This document shows, piece by piece, positions 1-7,882 of a stretch of 17,437 nt of DNA. A program made the position numbers and the translations under genes. How positions within the stretch are numbered: position 1 is the stretch's first letter; each line of letters starts with the position of its first letter. The DNA is from Candidatus Hydrogenedentota bacterium (GTDB taxonomy: Bacteria > Hydrogenedentota > Hydrogenedentia > Hydrogenedentales > SLHB01), in NCBI GenBank assembly GCA_034408725.1, contig JAWXCN010000038.1, positions 1-17,437 on the forward strand, read 5' to 3'. The notes beneath the pieces were generated by a model that was not told the origin of the DNA, made no database searches, and saw only the letters and a program-made list of their open reading frames with translations.

Positions 1-517
1 CGCCACGGCTGCATCGCGCCCGCGCTCCATCGGCAGTAACAACGCTCAGTTCCTCGATATCGCCAATGAAAGGGCGCATGACAAGCCCGCGACCATGAAT
101 ATTTGCCGCGACGGCGCCACCTATTGAAAGCCGATCCGCTCCAGTCTGTTTTTGCGCAATGGTCCACGGCGCGGCACTGCCGGGTTGCAGCCGATGAAGG
201 TCGGCCACCAGTTTTGGCCATGTGATGCCCGCCTCTACTTCCACGAGGCCGTGTTCCACATCGAGCGACAACACGGCGTCGAACGATGCGGTGTCGCAAA
301 GAATCGTTCCCGCGCCAAATTGCTGGCCACCCATCGCGTGGCGCGCGCCGGCGATGGAGATGGAGAGGCCCGCGTTACGGGCACACAAGACGAGCCGCTG
401 TACGTCTTCAGCCGATGTTGGGCGCGCAATCTCACGCACCCAGGACGGATTGAGCTTTGAATGCGTGTCGTTTACATGAATGGTGTTGGCTTTGTTCCGG
501 ATGGCAATTTCGAACAT
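1..517 (-). CDS. FAD-binding oxidoreductase (PCMH/FAD_binding_4, VAO-like N-terminal domain), partial: runs off the window start
   Basis: Not in the ORF track because there is no stop in the window. Manual translation from ATG at 517: MFEIAIRNKANTIHVNDTHSKLNPSWVREIARPTSAEDVQRLV...SIAGARHAMGGQQFG...VEVEAGITWPKL...LSIGGAVAANIHGRG...IEELSVVTADG. These are typical FAD_binding_4 motifs. AAGGAG RBS 8 nt upstream. Confidence 0.88.
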   Translation of the reverse strand, partial: MFEIAIRNKANTIHVNDTHSKLNPSWVREIARPTSAEDVQRLVLCARNAGLSISIAGARHAMGGQQFGAGTILCDTASFDAVLSLDVEHGLVEVEAGITWPKLVADLHRLQPGSAAPWTIAQKQTGADRLSIGGAVAANIHGRGLVMRPFIGDIEELSVVTADGARARCSRG

Positions 518-563
518 GTCATTTTCTCCTTGGCCTTTTGTGGGCAGAATTGAGACACATATA

Positions 564-583
564 GAGTGTATATATACGAACTA
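564..583. promoter_or_regulatory. Putative MarR-type operator upstream of the FAD oxidoreductase
   Basis: GAGTGTATATATACGAACTA is AT-rich and matches the reverse complement of 1114-1133 at 15/20 positions. Confidence 0.55.
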
Positions 584-615
584 TACAATCACGAGAACGA
601 TTTTTGTTCCAGGTG

Positions 616-1101
616 TTACACAATGGGGATGGAGTCGATCTTTTCCCGGACGCGTGTCAGCAGCGATGTCAGCACACGCTGTTCGGGCTCTTTCAGCGCG
701 CTCATGATCGCGGTCACTTTCTGGTGGTACACCGCGGCGGCTTTCCGGTACAGCTTCTCGCCATGAGCGGTAATTTTTACTATATTGTACCGCCGGTCAT
801 CGGGATCGGCCACGCGAACGACGAGTCTCGCTTTCTCCATGCGATCGATAAGCGTTGTGATATTCGCCCGGTTCACGAGCATCATCCTGCTCAACTCGAC
901 CTGTGTCAGGCCGCCGCTTTCGCCGCTTTGGTTGAGCAGCAGCATCATCACGTTGAACTGTACGTCGGTGAGTCCGTGCGCGCGAAAAAACTCGTCGGCC
1001 TTTTTCTGCGCTTTCGCCGCCGTGTAATAGATGTGCAGAAGCGACTCGTGCGCGCGGGCCTTGAAATCGTTGCGCAATCCCAATTCATCTTTGAGCGCCA
1101 T
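616..1101 (-). CDS. MarR family transcriptional regulator
   Basis: GLTDVQFNVMMLL...LTQVELSRMMLVNRANITTLIDRMEKARLVVRVADPDDRRYNIVKITAHG is a winged-HTH MarR signature. ATG 1101 was chosen because the ORF-track start (1137) overlaps the promoter. Confidence 0.93.
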   Translation of the reverse strand: MALKDELGLRNDFKARAHESLLHIYYTAAKAQKKADEFFRAHGLTDVQFNVMMLLLNQSGESGGLTQVELSRMMLVNRANITTLIDRMEKARLVVRVADPDDRRYNIVKITAHGEKLYRKAAAVYHQKVTAIMSALKEPEQRVLTSLLTRVREKIDSIPIV

Positions 1102-1113
1102 ACCCGCCCCAAT

Positions 1114-1156
1114 TAGTTTATATGTATACAATATCACCCGGATGCACGGTTGTCAA
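1114..1156 (-). promoter_or_regulatory. Sigma-70 promoter of the MarR gene with an overlapping imperfect palindromic operator
   Basis: Minus strand: TTGACA (1156-1151), 17 bp, TATTGT (1133-1128), preceded by an extended TGn. The palindrome TAGTTTATATGTATACAATA (1114-1133, 14/20 self-complementary) covers the -10 and the start site. Confidence 0.75.
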
Positions 1157-1181
1157 TGGGTGGCGGCGTTCAAATACATAC

Positions 1182-1218
1182 AAAAAAACGAGTGGCGCGG
1201 CCAATGACCGCGCCACTC
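1182..1218 (-). terminator. Rho-independent terminator of the PEP-CTERM gene
   Basis: 11-bp perfect stem GAGTGGCGCGG/CCGCGCCACTC (1190-1218) followed on the minus strand by a T7 tract (1188-1182), about 20 nt after the stop codon. Confidence 0.88.
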
Positions 1219-1238
1219 TATGAATTTCTAGAAGGGAT

Positions 1239-1991
1239 TTACGACTTGTGGAAGCGCCGGCGAACCGCGGTGGCCGCCAGACCAAGGCCAAGAAGCACGA
1301 CCGTCGTGGGCTCGGGAATAACGCCGGCGCCACCTTCCTGGACCGCCCATTCTTCGAATCCGGCGTTCGCATTCTCAGTTTCGCCGAACCGCGAGTAGAG
1401 ATACACATACGCATCGCCCGTCGCGAATACGCTGTTGGGTACATAGAACAGGACGTCGCCGTTTCCACTTCCGCCGTTCAGGATGTAATCCATCAGGACG
1501 TGCGAGTCCTCAAGCCCGTCGAGGTCGTAGACCAAGCTTGCATCCGCCAATTCCAGAATACCGCTTCCGTCGAACGTCTCGACGCTTTGATTCGCGGTGT
1601 CGGAAGTGAACAACTGGATAGCGTCGAGGGAAAGCAGTGAATCCGAACCACTCTGGTTGATGTCCAGGAGAAATTCCCGATAGTCAACACCGCCGATATT
1701 CACAATCGGTACGGCGGTCAGCAACAACTCGTGATTAAAAGGGTCTGCCGCGCCATTATCGAGTGTACCGTTTACAGTCGTGTTATACGCCTGCGTTATG
1801 TCTGTGTTCGCACCGATTTCGACAAACGAGTCGATATTTCCCGTGCCGGTAGATCCACCGTCCCACTGAAAAAAGAGCGCCCCATCGATTGTGCCGCTAC
1901 TGCCTACGGCAGTCAGATCGACTACAGTGGCATTGGCCACCGTAATAAGCACCATTGCGGCGAGAATTACAACGGCTTTCCGGGTAAACAT
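1239..1991 (-). CDS. PEP-CTERM sorting domain surface protein
   Basis: N-terminal signal peptide (MFTRKAVVILAAMVLITVANA), an acidic Gly/Asp/Asn-rich body, and C-terminal IPEPTTVVLLGLGLAATAVRRR. GGAGG RBS before ATG 1991. Confidence 0.93.
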   Translation of the reverse strand: MFTRKAVVILAAMVLITVANATVVDLTAVGSSGTIDGALFFQWDGGSTGTGNIDSFVEIGANTDITQAYNTTVNGTLDNGAADPFNHELLLTAVPIVNIGGVDYREFLLDINQSGSDSLLSLDAIQLFTSDTANQSVETFDGSGILELADASLVYDLDGLEDSHVLMDYILNGGSGNGDVLFYVPNSVFATGDAYVYLYSRFGETENANAGFEEWAVQEGGAGVIPEPTTVVLLGLGLAATAVRRRFHKS

Positions 1992-2060
1992 TCTAAATTC
2001 CTCCATTCCACTTAACGTCGTTCGATTTTGAAAAATTTGCTACAGCAGCAATGGCTAGTG

Positions 2061-2076
2061 AGCAAAGTGCGTGCCA
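2061..2076 (-). promoter_or_regulatory. Sigma-54 (-24/-12) promoter of the PEP-CTERM gene
   Basis: Minus strand TGGCACGCACTTTGCT matches the consensus TGGCACG-N4-TTGCW exactly, about 70 nt upstream of the start codon. Confidence 0.85.
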
Positions 2077-2483
2077 TCGGCGAATCCTTCGTGAAAGCAG
2101 TTTTTCCACCAGCACTGCGCAGTATTCCGCAAAAATTGTAACTTCTTTACGGGTAGTACGTTACGTAGTTTTGCACGCATGGGCTTTTGCGAATCTACAT
2201 GTCAATGGTTTACCTGATGCGTCAATCCGTTGCAAATCAGACTTTAGTCATCTCTGACAAATCCTTTATGGAGATCGATGTGGATTCTGTCCGGAATCTC
2301 GAGTAAAGGCACGATTCGCATGAACTCTTAAGTCAAATCAAGCAAAGAAGAAGTAGAACGAATACCAACATTGTTAATGAGTGCGGGGCTAATACATTTG
2401 CTTGTACCATTCGAAAATGCACCACTACGAATTGCGGACAATAATTTACCCGAAGGCATCAAATAAGTTAGGAGCAAAAAGAC

Positions 2484-2918
2484 ATGAGCACGCTCGAACG
2501 CGCGATTTCGATCGCCGCGGAAGCGCACACCGGCCAACCTTCGAAGGACGACGGCCCCTACATCCTTCACCCGTTGCGGGTCATGCTTCGCATGAACACC
2601 GAAACGGATCGCATCGTGGCGGTGCTGCACGACGTGGTCGAAGACACGGGCTGGACATTCGATCAGTTGCGCGCCGAAGGTTTCTCCGCCGAAATTGTGG
2701 ACGCAATTGATTCCGTCACAAAACGGGAAAACGAAGCTTACGGAGACTTCGTCGGCCGGGCGGGTCGAAACACTATCGGGCGGCGAGTGAAACTCGCAGA
2801 CCTCGCGGACAACTCGGATTTGAGCCGGATCGCGCATCCAACGCAGAAGGACTTTGAACGGGTGGAAAAATATCGCCGCGCAATAGCGCAACTCTCTGGC
2901 ACCGAAGGTCTGGAATGA
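2484..2918 (+). CDS. Stand-alone HD-domain protein, RelA/SpoT hydrolase-like (small alarmone hydrolase/Mesh1-like)
   Basis: AEAHTGQ..K...PYILHPLRV, AVLHDVVED, VKLADLADN motifs. AGGAG RBS. Confidence 0.85.
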   Translation: MSTLERAISIAAEAHTGQPSKDDGPYILHPLRVMLRMNTETDRIVAVLHDVVEDTGWTFDQLRAEGFSAEIVDAIDSVTKRENEAYGDFVGRAGRNTIGRRVKLADLADNSDLSRIAHPTQKDFERVEKYRRAIAQLSGTEGLE

Positions 2919-2936
2919 CGTATTTGGAGTGGAAAT

Positions 2937-3013
2937 TGGTGGGCGGCACAGGGCTCGAACCTGTGACCTCCGCCGTGTGAAGACGGCGCTCTAACCACCT
3001 GAGCTAGCCGCCC
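2937..3013 (-). tRNA. tRNA-Val(CAC)
   Basis: Minus strand GGGCGGCTAGCTCAGGTGGTTAGAGCGCCGTCTTCACACGGCGGAGGTCACAGGTTCGAGCCCTGTGCCGCCCACCA (77 nt). Anticodon loop TT-CAC-AC, T-loop GTTCGAG, encoded CCA. Confidence 0.97.
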
Positions 3014-3027
3014 ACCGATGAATGCGT

Positions 3028-3057
3028 ATGCTATCAAACGTGCGTTGGAACGGTCAA
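3028..3057 (-). promoter_or_regulatory. Putative sigma-70 promoter of tRNA-Val
   Basis: TTGACC-18 bp-TAGCAT with TGn extension, ending 14 nt before the tRNA 5' end. Confidence 0.55.
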
Positions 3058-3217
3058 ACCGCGCTGTTGTGTTGGTAACGCCGGTTCAATTAAACGTGTG
3101 CCGCGGCGGAGAAGTGGACGTGATACCTTCCCTTGCGAGCAAGGATGTTCGAGCGCGCCCTGGCCAGCGTCACGGACGGCAACCTCGGGGATTCGCCTTC
3201 GTAAGACCCTACAGCGA

Positions 3218-3370
3218 TCACGCGCGGAGGTGAGCAAGCCGTAGCGCCATGGGTTTCGCATGCCGGAGCAACTTTGACGCGCCGTTAAAGTCGAACGCAT
3301 TGATCACGTCCACCAGCAAGAGCGAGGTCCGGCGTCTGCCGCGGATCGTTTTGACGTTTGTATTCTTCAT
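3218..3370 (-). pseudogene. Truncated isochorismatase/cysteine hydrolase family gene (N-terminal 50 aa only)
   Basis: RTSLLLVDVINAFDFNGASKLLRHAKPMALRLAHLRA* resembles the first strand (catalytic Asp) and helix of the family. A TGA follows, and I see no recognisable continuation in any frame. Confidence 0.6.
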
Positions 3371-3486
3371 TTCCGTTAGTTTGCCCGGTTTCCGCAGTGT
3401 GACGCTATCGGAACCGCCCGCGCGCGTCCGTAAGGATTTTCGCCACGCCCTGTCGCGTTTGTTCTGACGAGGAAAACACCATCGAA

Positions 3487-4086
3487 ATGTGGAACCTGGC
3501 ATTGCTTGCCGATCAGTTCGAGACAGTTCTGCGCGAGGCGGAAGCGACGCACCGTCTCGATCAGGCCGTATATGGCCTCGATATGGGCAACGAACGGACC
3601 ATCCAGTCGATCCTTGCGGAAGGTTTGGGTGCTCACTATCTGGTAACGCGAGAAGTCCCATATCCATCCAGCGCAGGGCGTAAGCTGAGTCAACGGTTCC
3701 GGTGCGACCTTGTCATCGCATCACGATCAATAGCGGACGAACCACTGTGGCTTGAGATCAAGATCGCGTGGCAGTTCCGCGAAGGCGGCCTGCGAAGCCG
3801 GACATACGGCGGGCAATGGCGATTGCGTGTCGCGGAGGACGTGCGCAAGATCGAAGCGGACCCACTCGTCCGTCACGCGGGTGTCGCGATGATCGTATTC
3901 ACGCAGTCACTCGAAATAGTGAAGAAAGACCTCGATCTGTTCGAAGCGGCCATGGCCGCGAAGGACGTCATAGTCGGCTTCCGTCACGTGCGCCACATTC
4001 CGATTCAGGACCGGATTGGACACCAGTTTTGCACGATCGCGCTTTGGCCGACATTGCCCGTCGCGACCGGCCAAATGCCACCTTGA
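3487..4086 (+). CDS. Hypothetical protein with a PD-(D/E)XK nuclease-like motif
   Basis: ERTIQ helix, REVPYP...RCDLVI...WLEIK arrangement, and a later EDVRKI helix, as in restriction-endonuclease-like folds. Confidence 0.6.
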   Translation: MWNLALLADQFETVLREAEATHRLDQAVYGLDMGNERTIQSILAEGLGAHYLVTREVPYPSSAGRKLSQRFRCDLVIASRSIADEPLWLEIKIAWQFREGGLRSRTYGGQWRLRVAEDVRKIEADPLVRHAGVAMIVFTQSLEIVKKDLDLFEAAMAAKDVIVGFRHVRHIPIQDRIGHQFCTIALWPTLPVATGQMPP

Positions 4087-4104
4087 TTGCTACAAGTCCG
4101 CAGA

Positions 4105-4133
4105 TTGGAGCGCCAATGCGCGGGTGTTATAGT
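4105..4133 (+). promoter_or_regulatory. Putative sigma-70 promoter of cstA
   Basis: TTGGAG-17 bp-TATAGT with extended TGn, 33 nt before the ATG. Confidence 0.5.
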
Positions 4134-4166
4134 ATTCGTAAAGTCGGGGCTTTTTGAGCGAGTGTT

Positions 4167-5921
4167 ATGTATTTACTGGTGATCATTGCCATTTCCGCGC
4201 TTTGTCTTGTCGTCGCGTACCGCGTCTACGGGAACCTGCTGGCGCGTCTGCTCGAGCTTGATTCCAATGCCATCACCCCCGCGGTGGAAATGCGCGACGA
4301 CGTCGATTACGCGCCTATCGAACCCAAATTCCTGATGAGCCAACACTTTTCGGCGATAGCGGCCGCGGGGCCCATTGTTGGCCCCATACTTGCCGGCGTG
4401 ATGTTTGGCTGGCTACCGGCGCTTATCTGGATTCTCATCGGCAGCATCTTCATAGGCGGTGTGCATGACATCACTGCGCTGACGGCGTCCATCCGGCACA
4501 AGGCGCGGTCCATTGCGGAAGTCGTGCGCGTACACATGTCGCATCGTTCGTATGTGCTGTTTCTATTGTTCATCTGGATCGCGCTGGTGTACATCATCGT
4601 CGCGTTCACGGACATCGTCGCGGGTTCGTTTGTGGGCAGGCAGGAACTTGGTAATGGCTTGGTCGTGACGGGAGGCGGCGTGGCGACGTCCTCGTTGATG
4701 TACCTCGCGCTGCCGATCGTGATGGGATGCCTTTTGAGATTCACCAAGCTTTCGTTAAACATGGCGACCATTATTTTCCTGCCGCTGGTTGGTGTATCGA
4801 TCTGGATAGGCCAATATTTGCCGTTCGATTTGGCGCAGGTCCTCGGAACCAGCGATTCGGGGGCGCAGCGGATTTGGGGCGTGGTGCTCCTTGGCTACTG
4901 TTTCGTGGCGAGCATCGTGCCGGTGTGGATGCTGTTGCAGCCGCGGGGTCATCTCGGCGGTTATTTCCTGTATGTCGCGCTCGGTGGTGGATTGCTTGGA
5001 CTCGCGCTGAGCGGCGCAAAGACGGAATACCCCGCGTACATCAGTTGGACGGCAGCCAACGGCGATCCCATTGCGCCAATTCTTTTCATCACCATCGCGT
5101 GCGGCGCGTGCTCCGGGTTTCACGCGATCATAGCGTCCGGCACAACGTCGAAACAGTTGCGCAAAGAAACCGATGCAAAGGTCATCGGCTATGGCGCGAT
5201 GTTGCTCGAGGCGATGGTCGCGGTCGTATCGTTGTGCTGCGTGATGATTTTGACGCGCGAAGCCGCGCAGGGTCTGCAAGGCAAACCAAACTACATTTAC
5301 GCGCAGGGGATTGGATCATTTCTCGGCACGATAGGCATTCCGCGGACGTTCGCGATTTCATTCGGCCTCCTGGCGTTCACCACTTTCGTGTACGACACGC
5401 TCGATGTTTGCACGCGCCTTGGCCGCTATATTATCCAGGAGCTCACCGGCTGGACGGGCAATGCGGGCCGGTGGATCGCCACGACGGCCACCGCGGGCGC
5501 CCCACTCATTTTTGTCGTTCAAACCACTACTGACGCAACGGGCAAGACCATTCCCGCATGGCGGTTGTTCTGGAACCTGTTTGGCGCGAGCAACCAGCTT
5601 CTCGCGGCGTTGACATTGCTCGGCGTTACGGTTTGGCTGTGGCGCACCTACCGCGCGCAATGGGTTTGGTGGGTTGCGGGAATTCCGACCGTATTCATGT
5701 ACATCATGAGCACTTGGGCGCTGTTGCGGTTCGCGCGCGCGGGTTTCTTCATGCCGGATTGGACGTTCAAAGGCCTGCTCGTCGGCCCTGTGCCGTGGGT
5801 GGCGTTGTTGCTTGTGGGACTCGCCGGCCTCGTCTTGCTCGAAGCGGTCCGCGTATTCAGCGGTTCGTTGCGCCCGCCGATGCCGCCGCGACCAGAACCA
5901 GCCCCGGCCATGGGCGCGTGA
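4167..5921 (+). CDS. cstA: Carbon starvation protein A family transporter
   Basis: TPAVEMRDDVDY, QHFSAIAAAGPIVGP, GGVHD, PVWMLLQPR, LFITIACGACSGFH, LFGASNQLLA motifs and many TM helices. Confidence 0.95.
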   Translation: MYLLVIIAISALCLVVAYRVYGNLLARLLELDSNAITPAVEMRDDVDYAPIEPKFLMSQHFSAIAAAGPIVGPILAGVMFGWLPALIWILIGSIFIGGVHDITALTASIRHKARSIAEVVRVHMSHRSYVLFLLFIWIALVYIIVAFTDIVAGSFVGRQELGNGLVVTGGGVATSSLMYLALPIVMGCLLRFTKLSLNMATIIFLPLVGVSIWIGQYLPFDLAQVLGTSDSGAQRIWGVVLLGYCFVASIVPVWMLLQPRGHLGGYFLYVALGGGLLGLALSGAKTEYPAYISWTAANGDPIAPILFITIACGACSGFHAIIASGTTSKQLRKETDAKVIGYGAMLLEAMVAVVSLCCVMILTREAAQGLQGKPNYIYAQGIGSFLGTIGIPRTFAISFGLLAFTTFVYDTLDVCTRLGRYIIQELTGWTGNAGRWIATTATAGAPLIFVVQTTTDATGKTIPAWRLFWNLFGASNQLLAALTLLGVTVWLWRTYRAQWVWWVAGIPTVFMYIMSTWALLRFARAGFFMPDWTFKGLLVGPVPWVALLLVGLAGLVLLEAVRVFSGSLRPPMPPRPEPAPAMGA

Positions 5922-5931
5922 TCGGGAACCG

Positions 5932-6714
5932 ATGGGTGATGACGACAACGACAACTATTGCTCGTTCGAGCGCAATGGACAACGCGGGTTTGCCGCGCGT
6001 ACGGACCAAGCGCGGATCGTTGCCGCGCTTCTGGACCGCGCCAATTGCGAACCGGTCACGGCAATGGGCCGCGGCGCGTTGCACCGGTTTCCGCTAAAAG
6101 CCGGAACGGCAATCCTGCGCGAATACCGCCGCGGAGGCGCGATACAGCGTCTACTCCCGGAAGGTTCGATTCGCAATCGCCCGTTGCAAGAGTGGGAAGT
6201 GCTCCACCGGTTGTACGAGGCCGATTTTCCAGTACCTGAACCGCTCGGAGTTTTATGGCGGCGGCGAATAGGCTTGGTGTATGGCGCAATCGCAACTCGG
6301 GAATTAAACGCAACCGACCTTCTCAGTTACCTTTCGACAGATGCACCCTCTTCGAGCGAATACGCTTCGATTTTAGAATTGACCGGTACGGCCATTCGCA
6401 GAATGCACGACCTGGGCGTGTATCACGCGGACCTGCACGTGGGTAACATCCTGGTTTCGCGGACGGTGGACCGCGTCTTTATCATCGATTTTGATCGCGC
6501 ACGTTCGGGTGCGATTACACCTTTGCAATGCGCGCGCAATCTGTTGCGGCTGCAACGCTCTTTCGTCAAGCGCGGCCTGCGGCTCACCGACTTCGAACGT
6601 ATTCGCCGCGCGTATGGCCCGCTGGCGATGCCTTCCTGGCTCGAGTGGGCTTATGGCGCGAAAGGTTCGGCCTCGGACGTTTTGCACCGGCACTCCGGCA
6701 AACATGTCCTCTGA
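5932..6714 (+). CDS. Kdo kinase-like (KdkA / Kdo-WaaP family) lipopolysaccharide kinase
   Basis: GRG, ILREYRRGG, RPLQE, PVPEP, MHDLGVYHADLHVGNIL, IIDFDRA, NLLRLQRSF motifs. ATG 5932 lies 10 nt after the cstA stop. Confidence 0.85.
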   Translation: MGDDDNDNYCSFERNGQRGFAARTDQARIVAALLDRANCEPVTAMGRGALHRFPLKAGTAILREYRRGGAIQRLLPEGSIRNRPLQEWEVLHRLYEADFPVPEPLGVLWRRRIGLVYGAIATRELNATDLLSYLSTDAPSSSEYASILELTGTAIRRMHDLGVYHADLHVGNILVSRTVDRVFIIDFDRARSGAITPLQCARNLLRLQRSFVKRGLRLTDFERIRRAYGPLAMPSWLEWAYGAKGSASDVLHRHSGKHVL

Positions 6715-7492
6715 CCGGCCTGACATCGTCCGCGAGCGCAGCGGGGTCCTGCGCATTTGGCGGCGGCGCGACGTTCCCGTTGCCGACGTGCGCGCCGTGC
6801 TGCACCAGGACGGTGTCGTGCTCAAGGAGGGACAAAAAAATATAACCCGGCGCGTAGGCCCGGTTGTCGTGAAAACGAGCCAGGGAAGTTTCCTGCGCGA
6901 ACTTGCGCGGCATACGCTCAGACGTTCGAGGTACCAGCAGGGCTGGCGCGCGGCTTTGCATCTTGCCGCCCACGGCGTGCCGGCGCCACGGCCTGTCGCG
7001 CACGTTGAATGGGGCGCGTTGGGAATCGTCACGAAACACGCGACAATCCTCGAGTTCTTGCCGGACTGCATGGACGTCGAACACTTCGCAGACCGTATCC
7101 TCGCGGAAAGCAATGGCCCGGAAATGCTCCACGTGTATCTCGCGACGCTGGCCGCTTCGATCAACCAGCTCATCAGCGCCGGGGCGATTCACACGGACCT
7201 CGCGGGGAAGAACATTCTCACGAGGGACGGGCGCACGTTCTATTTTATCGATTTGGACGGGATTCTATTGGGCGCCGCATACACACTCCAGCGCCGTTTC
7301 GCCGCGCACGTGCAGCTCTACGATTCATTTCTAGATCGTTGCGGCGACGAACATCTCGCGCCGTTTCTTCGCGCAATGATTCCGGACACAGAACCTTTCG
7401 ACGCCTGGCTGCAACGCGTGAAACTCTCGCAGTTAAAACGCCGCGCGCGCACGATAGTGGCATCGGCGCGCGCAACCCCGGCCGCCCGTTAA
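6704..7492 (+). CDS. Second Kdo/WaaP/InaA-family lipopolysaccharide kinase
   Basis: VVVK, HGVPAPRPVA, ILEFL, GAIHTDLAGKNIL, FIDLD kinase motifs. The ATG overlaps the previous gene by 11 nt. Confidence 0.8.
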   Translation: MSSDRPDIVRERSGVLRIWRRRDVPVADVRAVLHQDGVVLKEGQKNITRRVGPVVVKTSQGSFLRELARHTLRRSRYQQGWRAALHLAAHGVPAPRPVAHVEWGALGIVTKHATILEFLPDCMDVEHFADRILAESNGPEMLHVYLATLAASINQLISAGAIHTDLAGKNILTRDGRTFYFIDLDGILLGAAYTLQRRFAAHVQLYDSFLDRCGDEHLAPFLRAMIPDTEPFDAWLQRVKLSQLKRRARTIVASARATPAAR

Positions 7493-7519
7493 ACCGGACG
7501 CCCAAAAACTATTGTGAAA

Positions 7520-7882
7520 CTAACCCCGTCCGAGTTTTGCTTTCAACTGATTGAATTTTGCATCCAACGCGTGAATAGCCTTTTCATGTTCGCTCCGGCT
7601 CGCGCGATTCGCCTTCATATCGTCGAGCACACCCAACACGCCGCGTCCGCTGCTCGTCGCCGTCGCCGCCGCCGCCGCCGGGCCGCGTTTCTTGCGGGAT
7701 GATTTTACGCCGCGTTTCTTTTGCCAATAGTTGTAGTTGCTGTATGAAATGCCGAGTTTATCAATTGACTTCATCAAAGGTTCGCCGTTGCTCACCATGG
7801 TGTCGAGCTGCCGCATAAGTTCCTGGACCTCGTCCCGGCTGCGCCGTTTACTGCGAGTTTTTGTCTGTTTTCCACGTGGCAT
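7520..7882 (-). CDS. Small basic hypothetical protein, probable HTH plus coiled coil (DNA-binding)
   Basis: 120 aa, Lys/Arg-rich. KSIDKLGISYSNYNYWQKK is HTH-like, followed by an Ala linker and a C-terminal heptad helix. GGAGG RBS. Confidence 0.7.
   Translation of the reverse strand: MPRGKQTKTRSKRRSRDEVQELMRQLDTMVSNGEPLMKSIDKLGISYSNYNYWQKKRGVKSSRKKRGPAAAAATATSSGRGVLGVLDDMKANRASRSEHEKAIHALDAKFNQLKAKLGRG

Noticed and set aside
1157..1168. att-site duplicate of the tRNA-Val 3' end (TGGGTGGCGGC)
   Set aside because: Only loosely similar to TGGTGGGCGGC, too short, and there is no integrase in the window.
7655..7682. GCC/GTC triplet microsatellite
   Set aside because: It simply encodes the AAAAATAT linker of the 120-aa protein.
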